From Promethearchaeota archaeon (GTDB lineage Archaea > Asgardarchaeota > Lokiarchaeia > Sigyniarchaeales > SOKP01), in NCBI GenBank assembly GCA_016840165.1, contig JAEOSU010000032.1:64001-128000 (forward strand): 64,000 nucleotides of DNA, given 5' to 3'. Below are positions 1 through 9,292 of this stretch, piece after piece. Below the pieces are notes generated by a model that was not told the origin of the DNA, did not search any database, and was given only the letters and a program-made list of their open reading frames with translations. The first letter of the stretch is position 1; every line of letters starts with the position of its first letter. The position numbers were made by a program, and so were the translations under genes.

Positions 1-497
1 AGTTTATTTATTATCTCCTTCATTTCTAACATTGTAGTAGTCATGTAACAGCCTAAACCAAGGATATCAGGATTAAGCTCTTTTATCTTTTGTATAAAGA
101 GGTCTTGGGATACATCCTCACCTAGATCAATTACTTCAAATCCTCCTCCACGAAGGGTTGCATTTACCATAATCTTGCCTAGATTATGCATATCTCCAGC
201 AACAGTACCTATTAATATTTTACCTGAGCCTCCTTTTTCTCCACTTGATAATTTAGGCTCTATCACCTCCATAGCAAGACGGAAGGCTTCAGCACATAAT
301 ATTATATCAGTATGGAAATATTCATTGCGTTTCCATAATTCACCTGCCTCGTCTATCCCAGGGATAATTCCTTGATCAACAATCGTCTTTGGCTCAATAC
401 CTTCATTTAAAGCCTTTTCAGCAAGTTCTTGGGCTATATCTTCATCACCCTCTAGAACAGCTTTCTTTAATTCCATTAATACTTTATTTTCACTCAT
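1..497 (-). CDS. Corrinoid (B12-binding) methyltransferase cognate protein, MtaC/MtbC-like; runs off window start
   Basis: Not in ORF track. Manual translation from ATG at 497: MSENKVLMELKKAVLEGDED...GIIPGIDEAGELWKRNEYF...GKILIGTVAGDMHNLGKIMV...GGGFEVIDLGEDV; DxHxxG cobalamin motif plus N-terminal cap domain. Confidence 0.9.
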   Translation of the reverse strand, partial: MSENKVLMELKKAVLEGDEDIAQELAEKALNEGIEPKTIVDQGIIPGIDEAGELWKRNEYFHTDIILCAEAFRLAMEVIEPKLSSGEKGGSGKILIGTVAGDMHNLGKIMVNATLRGGGFEVIDLGEDVSQDLFIQKIKELNPDILGLGCYMTTTMLEMKEIINK

Positions 498-619
498 TAA
501 ATTCACTTTTTTTAAATAAAATTAATTTTAAAATAAATTATGTAAAAGATTACACTACTAAAATCAGCTTATAAGTTAATAAATATTTAATAAAGACATA
601 GTCATTCAACAAACATTTT

Positions 620-1513
620 ATGGTTACAATTATGAAGAAAAGTTGGTATAAATCAAAAGTTTTTGTTATTACAGGCGCAAGTGGAGATATAGGCTCTGAG
701 GTGTGCAGAATATTTGCCCCATTACACATGAAAATGTATTTACTTGACCTTCCGAACCCTAGATTAGATGAGCTAGCTAAGGAGATACTTTCTTTAGGAG
801 CAGAATCAGTGGAAACATTTCATGTAGATTTATTAAATAAAGAGCAAACTGTTGATGTGATTGCAAAAATTGGAGAAAAAGAAAAGTTTATTGATATCTT
901 ATTTAATAATGCTGGGATAGGTAGTAGATGTTCGATAACGAATGACGGGACCTTTGAGGATTATAGGAAGGTTATGGCGATTAATGTTGACGCAATATGG
1001 ATTGTATTGCAGACTGCAATGCCTTTCTTTAGTCGGCCTGCTCCAAGTAAAAAGTATCCAAATAGAAAAGAAGGACAGCTTATATTTTCCTCGAGTGCAG
1101 CTGGCAAAACGGGGGTACCCTATATGGCAGCATATGCAATGAGTAAAAGTGCGATTATTGCATTAGCAGATTCAATTCGTCTGGAGTTTAAGATGCAAAA
1201 TCATAAAGTCGATGTTATTACTTCGGTTGCTGCACCAGCAGATACAAAATTTTACAACACGCCTGAGATGGTTGATTGGATAAAAAAGTATGAAAAACAA
1301 GGCTTTTTGTTTAAATTTGTAAAAGCTAAGGATATTGCCAAACGGATTCTCAAAGCTTCTCGGAAGCATAAAAAAGAAATTTATACGCCTCGTTGGTGGT
1401 GGTTGTTGGGTTTCCTGTTTGTATTAAGCCATAATTTGATTGGGAACTTGCTCATAAAAATAGAAAAAGAAAAAATAACCAAATCTGCTAAAATTATAAT
1501 TTCTTATAATTAA
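620..1513 (+). CDS. Short-chain dehydrogenase/reductase
   Basis: TGASGDIG, NNAG, YAMSK motifs. Confidence 0.9.
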   Translation: MVTIMKKSWYKSKVFVITGASGDIGSEVCRIFAPLHMKMYLLDLPNPRLDELAKEILSLGAESVETFHVDLLNKEQTVDVIAKIGEKEKFIDILFNNAGIGSRCSITNDGTFEDYRKVMAINVDAIWIVLQTAMPFFSRPAPSKKYPNRKEGQLIFSSSAAGKTGVPYMAAYAMSKSAIIALADSIRLEFKMQNHKVDVITSVAAPADTKFYNTPEMVDWIKKYEKQGFLFKFVKAKDIAKRILKASRKHKKEIYTPRWWWLLGFLFVLSHNLIGNLLIKIEKEKITKSAKIIISYN

Positions 1514-1898
1514 ACAAAAACTCCGTGAAGAGAATTCCATAGATTAAATCAATGATGACTGGCCAGAATAACCCAAAATTATAATCTCCTAAAAGGAAAA
1601 ATATTAAAAACACAATAAATACCAAATATTTTTCAAATACGCACATCTGAACTACTCCATGGTTCTTGTCGATATCTTTACTCACGGTATATAATCCTAT
1701 CCCTATTACAATTACCAATATTAAAAACCCATAAATAAAAACGAAACTTGGAGGGATTTCTAATTCAAATAGTGTTGTTGCTAGCGAACTGGCAAAAAAC
1801 GTTAAGATAGTAAAAATAACAAAAACCGCGATATTCCATAATGCACCGCTCAAAAATACAATTTTATAATATTTTCTTTTATCCATATGTCTCACCAC
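1494..1898 (-). CDS. Small multi-pass membrane protein, unknown function
   Basis: 134 aa, about 4 hydrophobic segments. Confidence 0.7.
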   Translation of the reverse strand: MVRHMDKRKYYKIVFLSGALWNIAVFVIFTILTFFASSLATTLFELEIPPSFVFIYGFLILVIVIGIGLYTVSKDIDKNHGVVQMCVFEKYLVFIVFLIFFLLGDYNFGLFWPVIIDLIYGILFTEFLFNYKKL

Positions 1899-2016
1899 AT
1901 ATTTTTCAAAAAATAATGGAAACCCAATTCAAAATATTCAACACAATAAATAAGCTTTTATAGTTATTTGGGCATTATGTATTAAAACACATTCATCATA
2001 ACAAGGGTTTGATTTT

Positions 2017-2970
2017 ATGGAAATTCAATACGGAAAAATGATTCTTTATGGAATTCTGCAGGCTGTGTTGTACCTTGCGGTTCCATTAATTATAATCTAT
2101 TTCATAGAATTATACAACATTATGACTTTCAGCCAAGATTTCATTACCTACTTAATTGTTATTGGCTGTATAGGCGTTGCATTATCTATGGCAAAGCACG
2201 CATTTCCCTCTGACACTTCGGCTAATCGCATCGTTGCATTTATTGGAGCTATATATTCCGGGCTATATCTTTTCTATATCTTTGGAGGTTTTACACCTGG
2301 GGTGAGTTTGGGAACTTATTATATTGATATACCTAGCCTTCAAGTTTTGTTAGGACTACAGGTTATAGCTTGGTTATTTCTTATCTCTACTGGAATAAGT
2401 GCATTAAAATATTTAATTCAGGCTATAGAACTTCGAAAAAAGAGGGAATATGAAATTAAAGCAAAAAAAACATTTAAACTTAGTCGAGTCTTCAAAGGTT
2501 TGGGGACTCTAATGAGTCTCATTATCCTTGGTTATTTTGCCAGCATCGTTTTCAGTGGAATGAATTTAGGAATAAGTCTCGATGATCCTGCCCCTCCCGA
2601 TTATGATAATAAGGGTACTCCAAGCTTTCTTGACGATAGCCTTAATTTTACATTAACCTTTGATGTAAATAATCAAGGATTGTATGCAATTTATGATGTT
2701 GAAATCTTTTTGAATATATTTACTGAATCGACTGCTAATGATACTGCTCTTCCAGAATATACAAAAATTGGAGGATCCTCAGGATATTATTATAGTGCGT
2801 TTCATTCATTTACCCTCACACCGGATCAAAGTATAACAGCTACTATTTCTCCTATGTATATAGAAGGACTACTTACAACTAATGCAACACTGAAATTTCA
2901 AATTTCATTTTCGACGCTCTATGCTAATATCGATATTGCTGTGAATGTATCAATTTCAATACCATGGTAA
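2017..2970 (+). CDS. Membrane protein with about 5 TM helices and C-terminal beta-rich extracytoplasmic domain
   Basis: Hydrophobic N-terminal half; Ser/Thr/Asn-rich C-terminal domain with NxT/S sequons. Confidence 0.7.
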   Translation: MEIQYGKMILYGILQAVLYLAVPLIIIYFIELYNIMTFSQDFITYLIVIGCIGVALSMAKHAFPSDTSANRIVAFIGAIYSGLYLFYIFGGFTPGVSLGTYYIDIPSLQVLLGLQVIAWLFLISTGISALKYLIQAIELRKKREYEIKAKKTFKLSRVFKGLGTLMSLIILGYFASIVFSGMNLGISLDDPAPPDYDNKGTPSFLDDSLNFTLTFDVNNQGLYAIYDVEIFLNIFTESTANDTALPEYTKIGGSSGYYYSAFHSFTLTPDQSITATISPMYIEGLLTTNATLKFQISFSTLYANIDIAVNVSISIPW

Positions 2971-3076
2971 TTAATAATTAAAGAATTTTTTTCTTTCTCT
3001 TTTATTTTCAGTACTTTTCAATAATTAATAAATTAAACACTATATCTTTAAATTCGCTTTAGATTAAGACAATATT

Positions 3077-3589
3077 ATGAATGATGAGGAACCACCACGG
3101 CCAAATGGACTTCCAACTGGATCTTCAGCCCCACTTATTGATACTAAAGATATCAACGGTAATTCATTAAATTTGAAAAAATTACTCGGAGAATACAATG
3201 GTGTGCTTATTGATTTTTTTCGGGGAAACTGGTGAAAACATTGAAAGGAACATCTTTCCTTACTCACAAAACACATAGAAGAATTTGAAAGAAAGAATGT
3301 AAAAATATTATCCATAGCTAATGACAGCCCTAGACTGCTCGCGAAATTTAAAGAAGAGAATTATTTTAAAATAGATCTTATTGCGGATAGGGGAGCAAAG
3401 ATTGCCAAAGATTATGAAGTCTATTGGTTTGCTCCCGGAGGAACAGGTAAAATGAAGGTAAAGCAAGCAATTCCAAGCAAATTTTTAATTAATGCCAAAG
3501 GAGAAATCGTCTGGATTTATATCGGTAAGGATAAAACCGATAGACCTTCTATCGAAATGATGATGGATGCAATTGATAAAAACTTATAA
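3077..3589 (+). CDS. Peroxiredoxin-like (AhpC/TSA, thioredoxin-fold) selenoprotein with UxxU motif, 170 aa
   Basis: ATG 3077; MNDEEPPRPNGLPTGSSAPLIDTKDINGNSLNLKKLLGEYNGVLIDFFRGNW-TGA(3233)-K-H-TGA(3242)-KEHLSLL...ILSIAND...LIADRGAKIAKDYEV...AIPSKFLINAKGEIVWIYIGKDKTDRPS...-TAA 3587-3589. The two TGAs sit exactly where FxRGxWCxxC cysteines belong and the fold continues in frame. Confidence 0.9.
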
Positions 3590-3592
3590 TAA

Positions 3593-3659
3593 TCCCATTT
3601 GAATGAATCATATATAAAAATTATAGATATATGAGGACAACCTTGTAAAAGTTATGGGA
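3593..3659 (+). promoter_or_regulatory. SECIS-like element (eukaryote-type AUGA/GA core) in 3' UTR of the selenoprotein gene
   Basis: ATGA-A (3603-3607), 8-bp stem TCATATAT/ATATATGA (3608-3615/3627-3634), A-rich loop AAAAATTATAG, G-GA-C (3635-3638), possible lower helix TCCCAT (3593-3598)/ATGGGA (3654-3659). Confidence 0.8.
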
Positions 3660-3664
3660 AATAC

Positions 3665-3674
3665 TTTTTTTTTT
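3665..3674 (+). terminator. Oligo-T tract, probable archaeal terminator
   Basis: 10 consecutive T directly after the SECIS-like hairpin. Confidence 0.5.
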
Positions 3675-3750
3675 ACTTATTAAATTATGATTAAAGTATA
3701 GGATCATTTTTACGATATGAAACTTATTTAGAATCAAAAGATTTAGTCAT

Positions 3751-5070
3751 ATGATAGAAATGTCTGATAAGGAATATGCGTGGTATGAGGATCCTAGGGT
3801 TGAGTATTTATATCTTGCAAGTAGCACAAAAAATATGCGTGGATATCATGCTCCTATAGTAAATCCAAAGATTACATTTACCGGAACTAATAGTTTCATT
3901 GATTTTGCAAATTTCATTGGAAGCTATTTTGGGCCTGATGATAAACGACTTTTAATTGTTGTGGATAAAGAATTACGACAAATCGGGGAAAGAACAGGAA
4001 ATAGATTGTCAGAGATGAAGGGATTTGAGTTTAAAATTTTTGATAATGTATTGTCCGATGCACCTAAAAATAATCTTATGGATGGAGTTAAAATATGTGA
4101 GGAATTTCAACCAAAGGCAATAATCGCAATTGGAGGAGGTTCCACTATGGATACCGCTAAAGGGATCTTCTTATTATATGAAAAACCAGAAGTGAATCTG
4201 AATAATTTAATTATCCCAAGTTATTTAGGATTAAGAAAGAAAATAGATTTATTAATAGCGATTCCTACCACATCTGGCACAGGTTCGGAAGCAACTACGA
4301 CCAGTGTAATAACCGATACAGATAGGGTACCTCCAAAAAAAACAGCCGTAACTCTCTATGAGCTCTGCCCCGATATAACAGTTTTACATTACGATTTTGT
4401 GAAAACAATGCCTCCTGAATTAACTGCGGCAACTGGTATGGATGCGTTAAGCCATGCTCTTGGAGCTTATACGTTAACCATGAGTAATATCTATACTGAT
4501 ATGCATAATCTAAAAGCTATTGAATTAATCTTAGAATATTTACCTCGAGCAGTTAAAAGAGGAGATGATATGGAAGCTAGAGAGAAAATGTTATTAGCGG
4601 CATATATTGCTGGGGTTGGATTCTCTAATGTGGTGACCAGTTTCGATCATGGCTTGGGACATTCATTTGGAGCTATTTTTCATATCCATCATGGAGCTGC
4701 AGTAGGAATATTCCTTCCTACAGCAACCGCATTTCAAGCAAAAGTTTCCAATAGGTTTATAGATATTGCCCGTTTGTTTGGAGTGGATGTAAAAGAAAAA
4801 AGGAAAGACATAATATTAAAAGAATTTTTGGAGAAACTTCGAGAATTTGTTCGCTCTTTTGGATTTCCCATATGTGTTAAGGAGCTTGAACATCCAAAAA
4901 TTAACTATGAACAATATATGCAAGAAATTGATCAAATGGTTAACTATGCATATAAAGATGTTACTAGGTTATTTTCCACGCGAAGAATTACAATACCCCA
5001 AGTGCGACGACTCTTTGAAGTTGGTTATGAGAATAAAATAGAAGATTTATTAAATTTGTATTATCATTAA
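3751..5070 (+). CDS. Iron-containing alcohol dehydrogenase
   Basis: AIGGGSTMDTAK, IPTTSGTGSE, GMDALSH, HGLGH..HIHHG metal ligands. Confidence 0.92.
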   Translation: MIEMSDKEYAWYEDPRVEYLYLASSTKNMRGYHAPIVNPKITFTGTNSFIDFANFIGSYFGPDDKRLLIVVDKELRQIGERTGNRLSEMKGFEFKIFDNVLSDAPKNNLMDGVKICEEFQPKAIIAIGGGSTMDTAKGIFLLYEKPEVNLNNLIIPSYLGLRKKIDLLIAIPTTSGTGSEATTTSVITDTDRVPPKKTAVTLYELCPDITVLHYDFVKTMPPELTAATGMDALSHALGAYTLTMSNIYTDMHNLKAIELILEYLPRAVKRGDDMEAREKMLLAAYIAGVGFSNVVTSFDHGLGHSFGAIFHIHHGAAVGIFLPTATAFQAKVSNRFIDIARLFGVDVKEKRKDIILKEFLEKLREFVRSFGFPICVKELEHPKINYEQYMQEIDQMVNYAYKDVTRLFSTRRITIPQVRRLFEVGYENKIEDLLNLYYH

Positions 5071-5083
5071 AGGAGAAATTGAT

Positions 5084-6967
5084 ATGACTAACCAAAAATT
5101 GTTTGGATATAATGGAAAAATTATCTACATCAATTTAAATGAATCAAAAACCGAAGTGAGAGAATTAAGCAAGGAGATTGCTGAACTATATGTTGGAGGA
5201 GTAGGTCTATCGGCAAAATTGACTTATGATTTACTTGTTGAACAAGATTATCAAACGTTGGTAAAAAATCCCTTAGATGAAATAAATCCCCTAATATTTG
5301 CTACGGGACCGTTAACAGGAACTTCCACCCCTTCAAGTAGTAGATATTCAGTAACGGCTATTTCTCCGTTAACAGGAATATGGGGGGAATCAACTTCCGG
5401 GGGCTTTTTCCCATTATCTTTACGGAAAAGCGGTTTTGATGCGATTATTATAACTGGCAAATCAAATACTCCCGTATATATTTTATTGGAAAATCAGAAA
5501 GTTGAGATTAAAGATGCTAATTCCTTATGGACTAAAACGACTTATGATACAATTAAAAATATTCACGATGAAAATGATAATCCCAAACTCCGGATTGCAT
5601 GTATTGGAAAAGCAGGGGAAAATATGGTTAATTATGCTGCCATTATTAATGATGAGGGAAGAGCTGCTGGAAGATGTGGAATGGGTTGTGTTATGGGAAG
5701 CAAAAACCTTAAAGCAATTGCTCTCTCTGGTTCTGGAACTATTCAATATAAAGATAAAAATAGTATTGTAAAAACGTCGAAAACAGTGCTAGGGATCATA
5801 AAATCATCTTTTGGAGCACAATTTTATTCTCATTATGGTACCCTTTCTGGTATGGATATTGGAATGGTCTATGGGGATGTTCCCGGATTTTATTTCACGA
5901 AATCTGAATTTCCAGTGGAAAATATAACTGGTTTAGCATTAAAAGAACAATATCCTGTATTATCCTACGCATGTGCTGGCTGTACGATTGGATGTGGCAG
6001 AAGGACGTTCGTTGAATTAGATGGAAAGGAAATAGAAATAAATGGACCAGAATATGAAACCACAGTGGCTTTTGGCCCAATCTCAGGAATATTTACCTTC
6101 GAATCAATTATTAAAGCAAACTACTTATGTAATCAAGAAGGGATTGATACCATCTCATGTGGTGTTTCCATATCATTTCTAATCTATCTGGTGGAAAATA
6201 AGATTGCTCTAAAAGATATCTCTCAATTTTTAACGGATATTAGTATTAAAGAGATTAGATGGGGAAACGAAGATCTTGTATTAAAGCTGATAAACAAAAT
6301 AATCGAGAGAAAAGATATAGGCAAAGTATTGGCAAAAGGAACGCGGGAAATGGCAAAAACTTTAAATGTAAATCCTGAATTAGCTGCCCATGTAAAGGGT
6401 TTAGAAGTTCCATTCCATGATCCTCGGGCTAATTTAGGCCAAGCTTTGTCCTACATGACTTGTTGTGTGGGAGCAAATCATTGTAAAGGTGATTTTTATT
6501 TGGTAGACTGGGGACAAACGAGTTATATGAAAATAAAAAGAGATGATCCACTTAAAATCATTGGGAGAGAAAATTCAGTAATAAATATGCAGGATATGGC
6601 AAATATTTATGATTCGGCGGTAATCTGCTCTGTAACAAAAATTAGTGAAAAGTTTATAAGCAAGTTATTACAAGGGTCTACTGGTTTTGATTCATTAGGA
6701 AGTGTAAAGAAAGTATTATTAGCCGGAGAACGTGCCACCAATTTAAAGAGATTAATTTCATGTAAACTTGGATGTTCTCGAAAAGATGATACCCTTAAAG
6801 ATATAAACTCGAGAGCTTTGAAGACTGGAGCAACAGCCGGTATTAGTTCTAACTTAAATGATAGTTTGAAGAAATATTATGAAATTCGAAAATGGAATTG
6901 GGAAACGGGTTGGCCTACAGAAGAAAAGCTAAAAGATCTCAATATAAAGTTAAATTTCTTTACCTAA
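5084..6967 (+). CDS. aor: W/Mo aldehyde:ferredoxin oxidoreductase
   Basis: SPLTGIWGESTSGG, GRAAGRCGMGCVMGSKNLKA, CAGCTIGC, GPEYET, GIDTIS, HDPR. Confidence 0.92.
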   Translation: MTNQKLFGYNGKIIYINLNESKTEVRELSKEIAELYVGGVGLSAKLTYDLLVEQDYQTLVKNPLDEINPLIFATGPLTGTSTPSSSRYSVTAISPLTGIWGESTSGGFFPLSLRKSGFDAIIITGKSNTPVYILLENQKVEIKDANSLWTKTTYDTIKNIHDENDNPKLRIACIGKAGENMVNYAAIINDEGRAAGRCGMGCVMGSKNLKAIALSGSGTIQYKDKNSIVKTSKTVLGIIKSSFGAQFYSHYGTLSGMDIGMVYGDVPGFYFTKSEFPVENITGLALKEQYPVLSYACAGCTIGCGRRTFVELDGKEIEINGPEYETTVAFGPISGIFTFESIIKANYLCNQEGIDTISCGVSISFLIYLVENKIALKDISQFLTDISIKEIRWGNEDLVLKLINKIIERKDIGKVLAKGTREMAKTLNVNPELAAHVKGLEVPFHDPRANLGQALSYMTCCVGANHCKGDFYLVDWGQTSYMKIKRDDPLKIIGRENSVINMQDMANIYDSAVICSVTKISEKFISKLLQGSTGFDSLGSVKKVLLAGERATNLKRLISCKLGCSRKDDTLKDINSRALKTGATAGISSNLNDSLKKYYEIRKWNWETGWPTEEKLKDLNIKLNFFT

Positions 6968-7804
6968 TTTCTTACGTGCTTTCTTTAAGTCTCTATCGCT
7001 CACCCAAAATACCAATTTTGGAAAGAGCCTTTTCATTCTCCATAGAAATTTTGCAGATCCGGGTAAAATATAAAATTTTTCCTTTAATACATCTTTAAGG
7101 ATCTTTTCAGCGACTTCCTCAGGTTGTAGTAATCCTGCTCGCTCTGAAATTATATTTAACTCTTCTGGTCTAGTTTTTGCTTCCTCATGAAGCCCATATG
7201 TATCTGTATCTGGTGGAAAGATCAGAGAGACTTTAATATTGTAGGCTTTATACTCATTTCGTAAAACTTCGCTCAATCCGACAATAGCAAATTTGGTGGG
7301 AGTATATCCTGCATATCCCATTACACCAATAAATCCTGCCACAGAGGACATATTAACGATATGCCCCGCCTTATTTTTAAGGAAATGAGGTAAAATGGTA
7401 ATTAGTGGTATTAATTGACCGTAATAATTTGTTTCCATATGGAATTTCAAGTCCTTAAATTCAAACTTATCAGTATAGTTTGGATAAGAGATACCCACAT
7501 AATTAAAAAGATAATCTGGGATCCGATACTTTTCGAAAAATTCATTGAAAAGTTGCTTTACTTGTTCTAAATTAGAAGTATCGCAAGATATAAACTCAAC
7601 TATCTGTTCCTCATTAACTTTCAGTTTTTTAATCTCATTTACTGCTTCCTTAAGTGTGTCAAGGGTTCTAGCAACGATACATACATTTCCTCCCAGTTGT
7701 ACCAGTAACTTTGCGGTTGCTTTACCAATTCCTCTCGAACCTCCACATATCATAGCAAGTTTACCATTATAAGGTTGTTTTTTGATCAATTTTTCTTTAA
7801 CCAA
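6950..7804 (-). CDS. SDR, 3-ketodihydrosphingosine reductase (KDSR)-like subfamily
   Basis: GGSRGIGK, YTPTK catalytic motif, PPDTDTxG..EE..TRPEE signature. Confidence 0.8.
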   Translation of the reverse strand: MVKEKLIKKQPYNGKLAMICGGSRGIGKATAKLLVQLGGNVCIVARTLDTLKEAVNEIKKLKVNEEQIVEFISCDTSNLEQVKQLFNEFFEKYRIPDYLFNYVGISYPNYTDKFEFKDLKFHMETNYYGQLIPLITILPHFLKNKAGHIVNMSSVAGFIGVMGYAGYTPTKFAIVGLSEVLRNEYKAYNIKVSLIFPPDTDTYGLHEEAKTRPEELNIISERAGLLQPEEVAEKILKDVLKEKFYILPGSAKFLWRMKRLFPKLVFWVSDRDLKKARKKLGKEI

Positions 7805-7825
7805 TCAATTCACCTTTATTTAATT

Positions 7826-8221
7826 TTAGAAATTAAAGATACCATACAAAAGACATAATAGACCCATAATCAGAGCAACTGCGACAATGAAAATACTCAT
7901 ATAAGCATCCATATCTTTCGTAGTAAACCGTTTATTTTGTAGATTAAAGGAAAAGTCAATCAACCCTAAGAAAAATAATGCTCCACTTGCTACTATTGTA
8001 AAAAAGGTACCAAATCTTTGATTTAGAAGTAGTCCAATTGCTGCTACTATTAAGCAAACAGCAATAAGTCCTATATCAGGGAGTGGAAATGATCTTTCAT
8101 GCTTTAAATACCATTCTTCTTGATTCGGATCTTTATTTTCAACTAAGAAAAAATAAATCCAAAATCCAATTAAACCAACAGCAAATACAATTTGAAGGAT
8201 TGCTAATATAGTTCCAATCAT
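7826..8221 (-). CDS. Small 4-TM membrane protein
   Basis: Four hydrophobic segments, HERSFPLPD loop. Confidence 0.7.
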   Translation of the reverse strand: MIGTILAILQIVFAVGLIGFWIYFFLVENKDPNQEEWYLKHERSFPLPDIGLIAVCLIVAAIGLLLNQRFGTFFTIVASGALFFLGLIDFSFNLQNKRFTTKDMDAYMSIFIVAVALIMGLLCLLYGIFNF

Positions 8222-8313
8222 GGTTTCACTAGTTTAATTTTAAATTCTTTATTAAATAAATTTCTTTTCTGGTAAATAAAAAGATTTACAAAAATAAAAA
8301 GAAAAAAATTGAG

Positions 8314-9132
8314 TTAAATATCTGTTTTGATATAATACGCAGGAACTCCCGCATCTACAATTCCACCGTCTACGGGAATATTTGTGCCAGTGATGAAATT
8401 AGATAAGGGTGAAGCCAAAAAGAGTGAAACATTTACTACATCTTCCACAGTGCCAAGTCTGTTAAGTGGTGTTTTGACATGACCATCCTTCATTGTCATT
8501 ACCATAGCTTCCTCGGAATCATTATATATACCAGTTACGTGATAACCAGGCGAAATGGCATTAACCATTATCTTCGGCGCTAAACTCTGAGCAAGTAATT
8601 TAACCATACCTATTACTCCCATTTTACAAAGCGAATAAGCGGGTATTTTATTATCCACAATCATGCCTGCGATTGAGGCTGTATGAATTATCTTTCCCGC
8701 TATAGGTTCAAATGTTTGTTTTTTCATTCTTTTTGCTATATATTTGGAGACAAGCCACTGTCCTCTAAGATTGATGCTAAATAGCTGATCCCAGTCCTTC
8801 TCCTTCAATCTTAGTAGATCTGGACCGTAAGGAACACCTATTCCTGCATTATTATTTAAAATAAAAATATTATCTAAATCTGAAAATGCTTGCTTTGCCA
8901 TAGCTTGCACTTCTTCAGATTTCGCTACATCACATTTAATAGGAATAACAGTTTTTCCCGTTTCCTTTTTAATGTCGGCTGTGGTTTTTTCTAATTGTTC
9001 TTCATTGATATCCACTAGAATGAGATCTGCTCCTCTTTTAGCATAAGCTAGTCCAAAACCTCTTCCAAAACCAGAAGCTCCCCCTGTGATGAGTGCTCCT
9101 TTTCCTTCCAATGAAAATTTAATTGGTGTCAT
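8314..9132 (-). CDS. Classical SDR (FabG-like)
   Basis: TGGASGFG, NNAG, YSLCK, VNAISPG, ITGTNIPVDGG. Confidence 0.9.
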   Translation of the reverse strand: MTPIKFSLEGKGALITGGASGFGRGFGLAYAKRGADLILVDINEEQLEKTTADIKKETGKTVIPIKCDVAKSEEVQAMAKQAFSDLDNIFILNNNAGIGVPYGPDLLRLKEKDWDQLFSINLRGQWLVSKYIAKRMKKQTFEPIAGKIIHTASIAGMIVDNKIPAYSLCKMGVIGMVKLLAQSLAPKIMVNAISPGYHVTGIYNDSEEAMVMTMKDGHVKTPLNRLGTVEDVVNVSLFLASPLSNFITGTNIPVDGGIVDAGVPAYYIKTDI

Positions 9133-9292
9133 AATTCTTATTCATTTAAATTATATGTGAATAATTTGCTTTTAGGATATTTATAGTTTCATTAGAAAAA
9201 AATCGAGAGAAATAATTGGTTAATAAAACCAAAAATTTAATTACTTGACTCTTTTTAAGTTTTAATATAGAAAGACTATGTGATTCAAAACT

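Noticed and set aside
175-574. Two short plus-strand ORFs
   Set aside because: Overlap the minus-strand corrinoid protein gene
3064-3315. 83-aa minus-strand ORF from the track
   Set aside because: Antisense shadow of the plus-strand selenoprotein gene; no recognisable motif
3077-3589. Pseudogene or UGA=Trp reading of the Prx-like gene
   Set aside because: Both stops fall on the Cys positions, a SECIS-like hairpin follows, there are no frameshifts, and TGA ends other genes normally (e.g. 27199, 53061)
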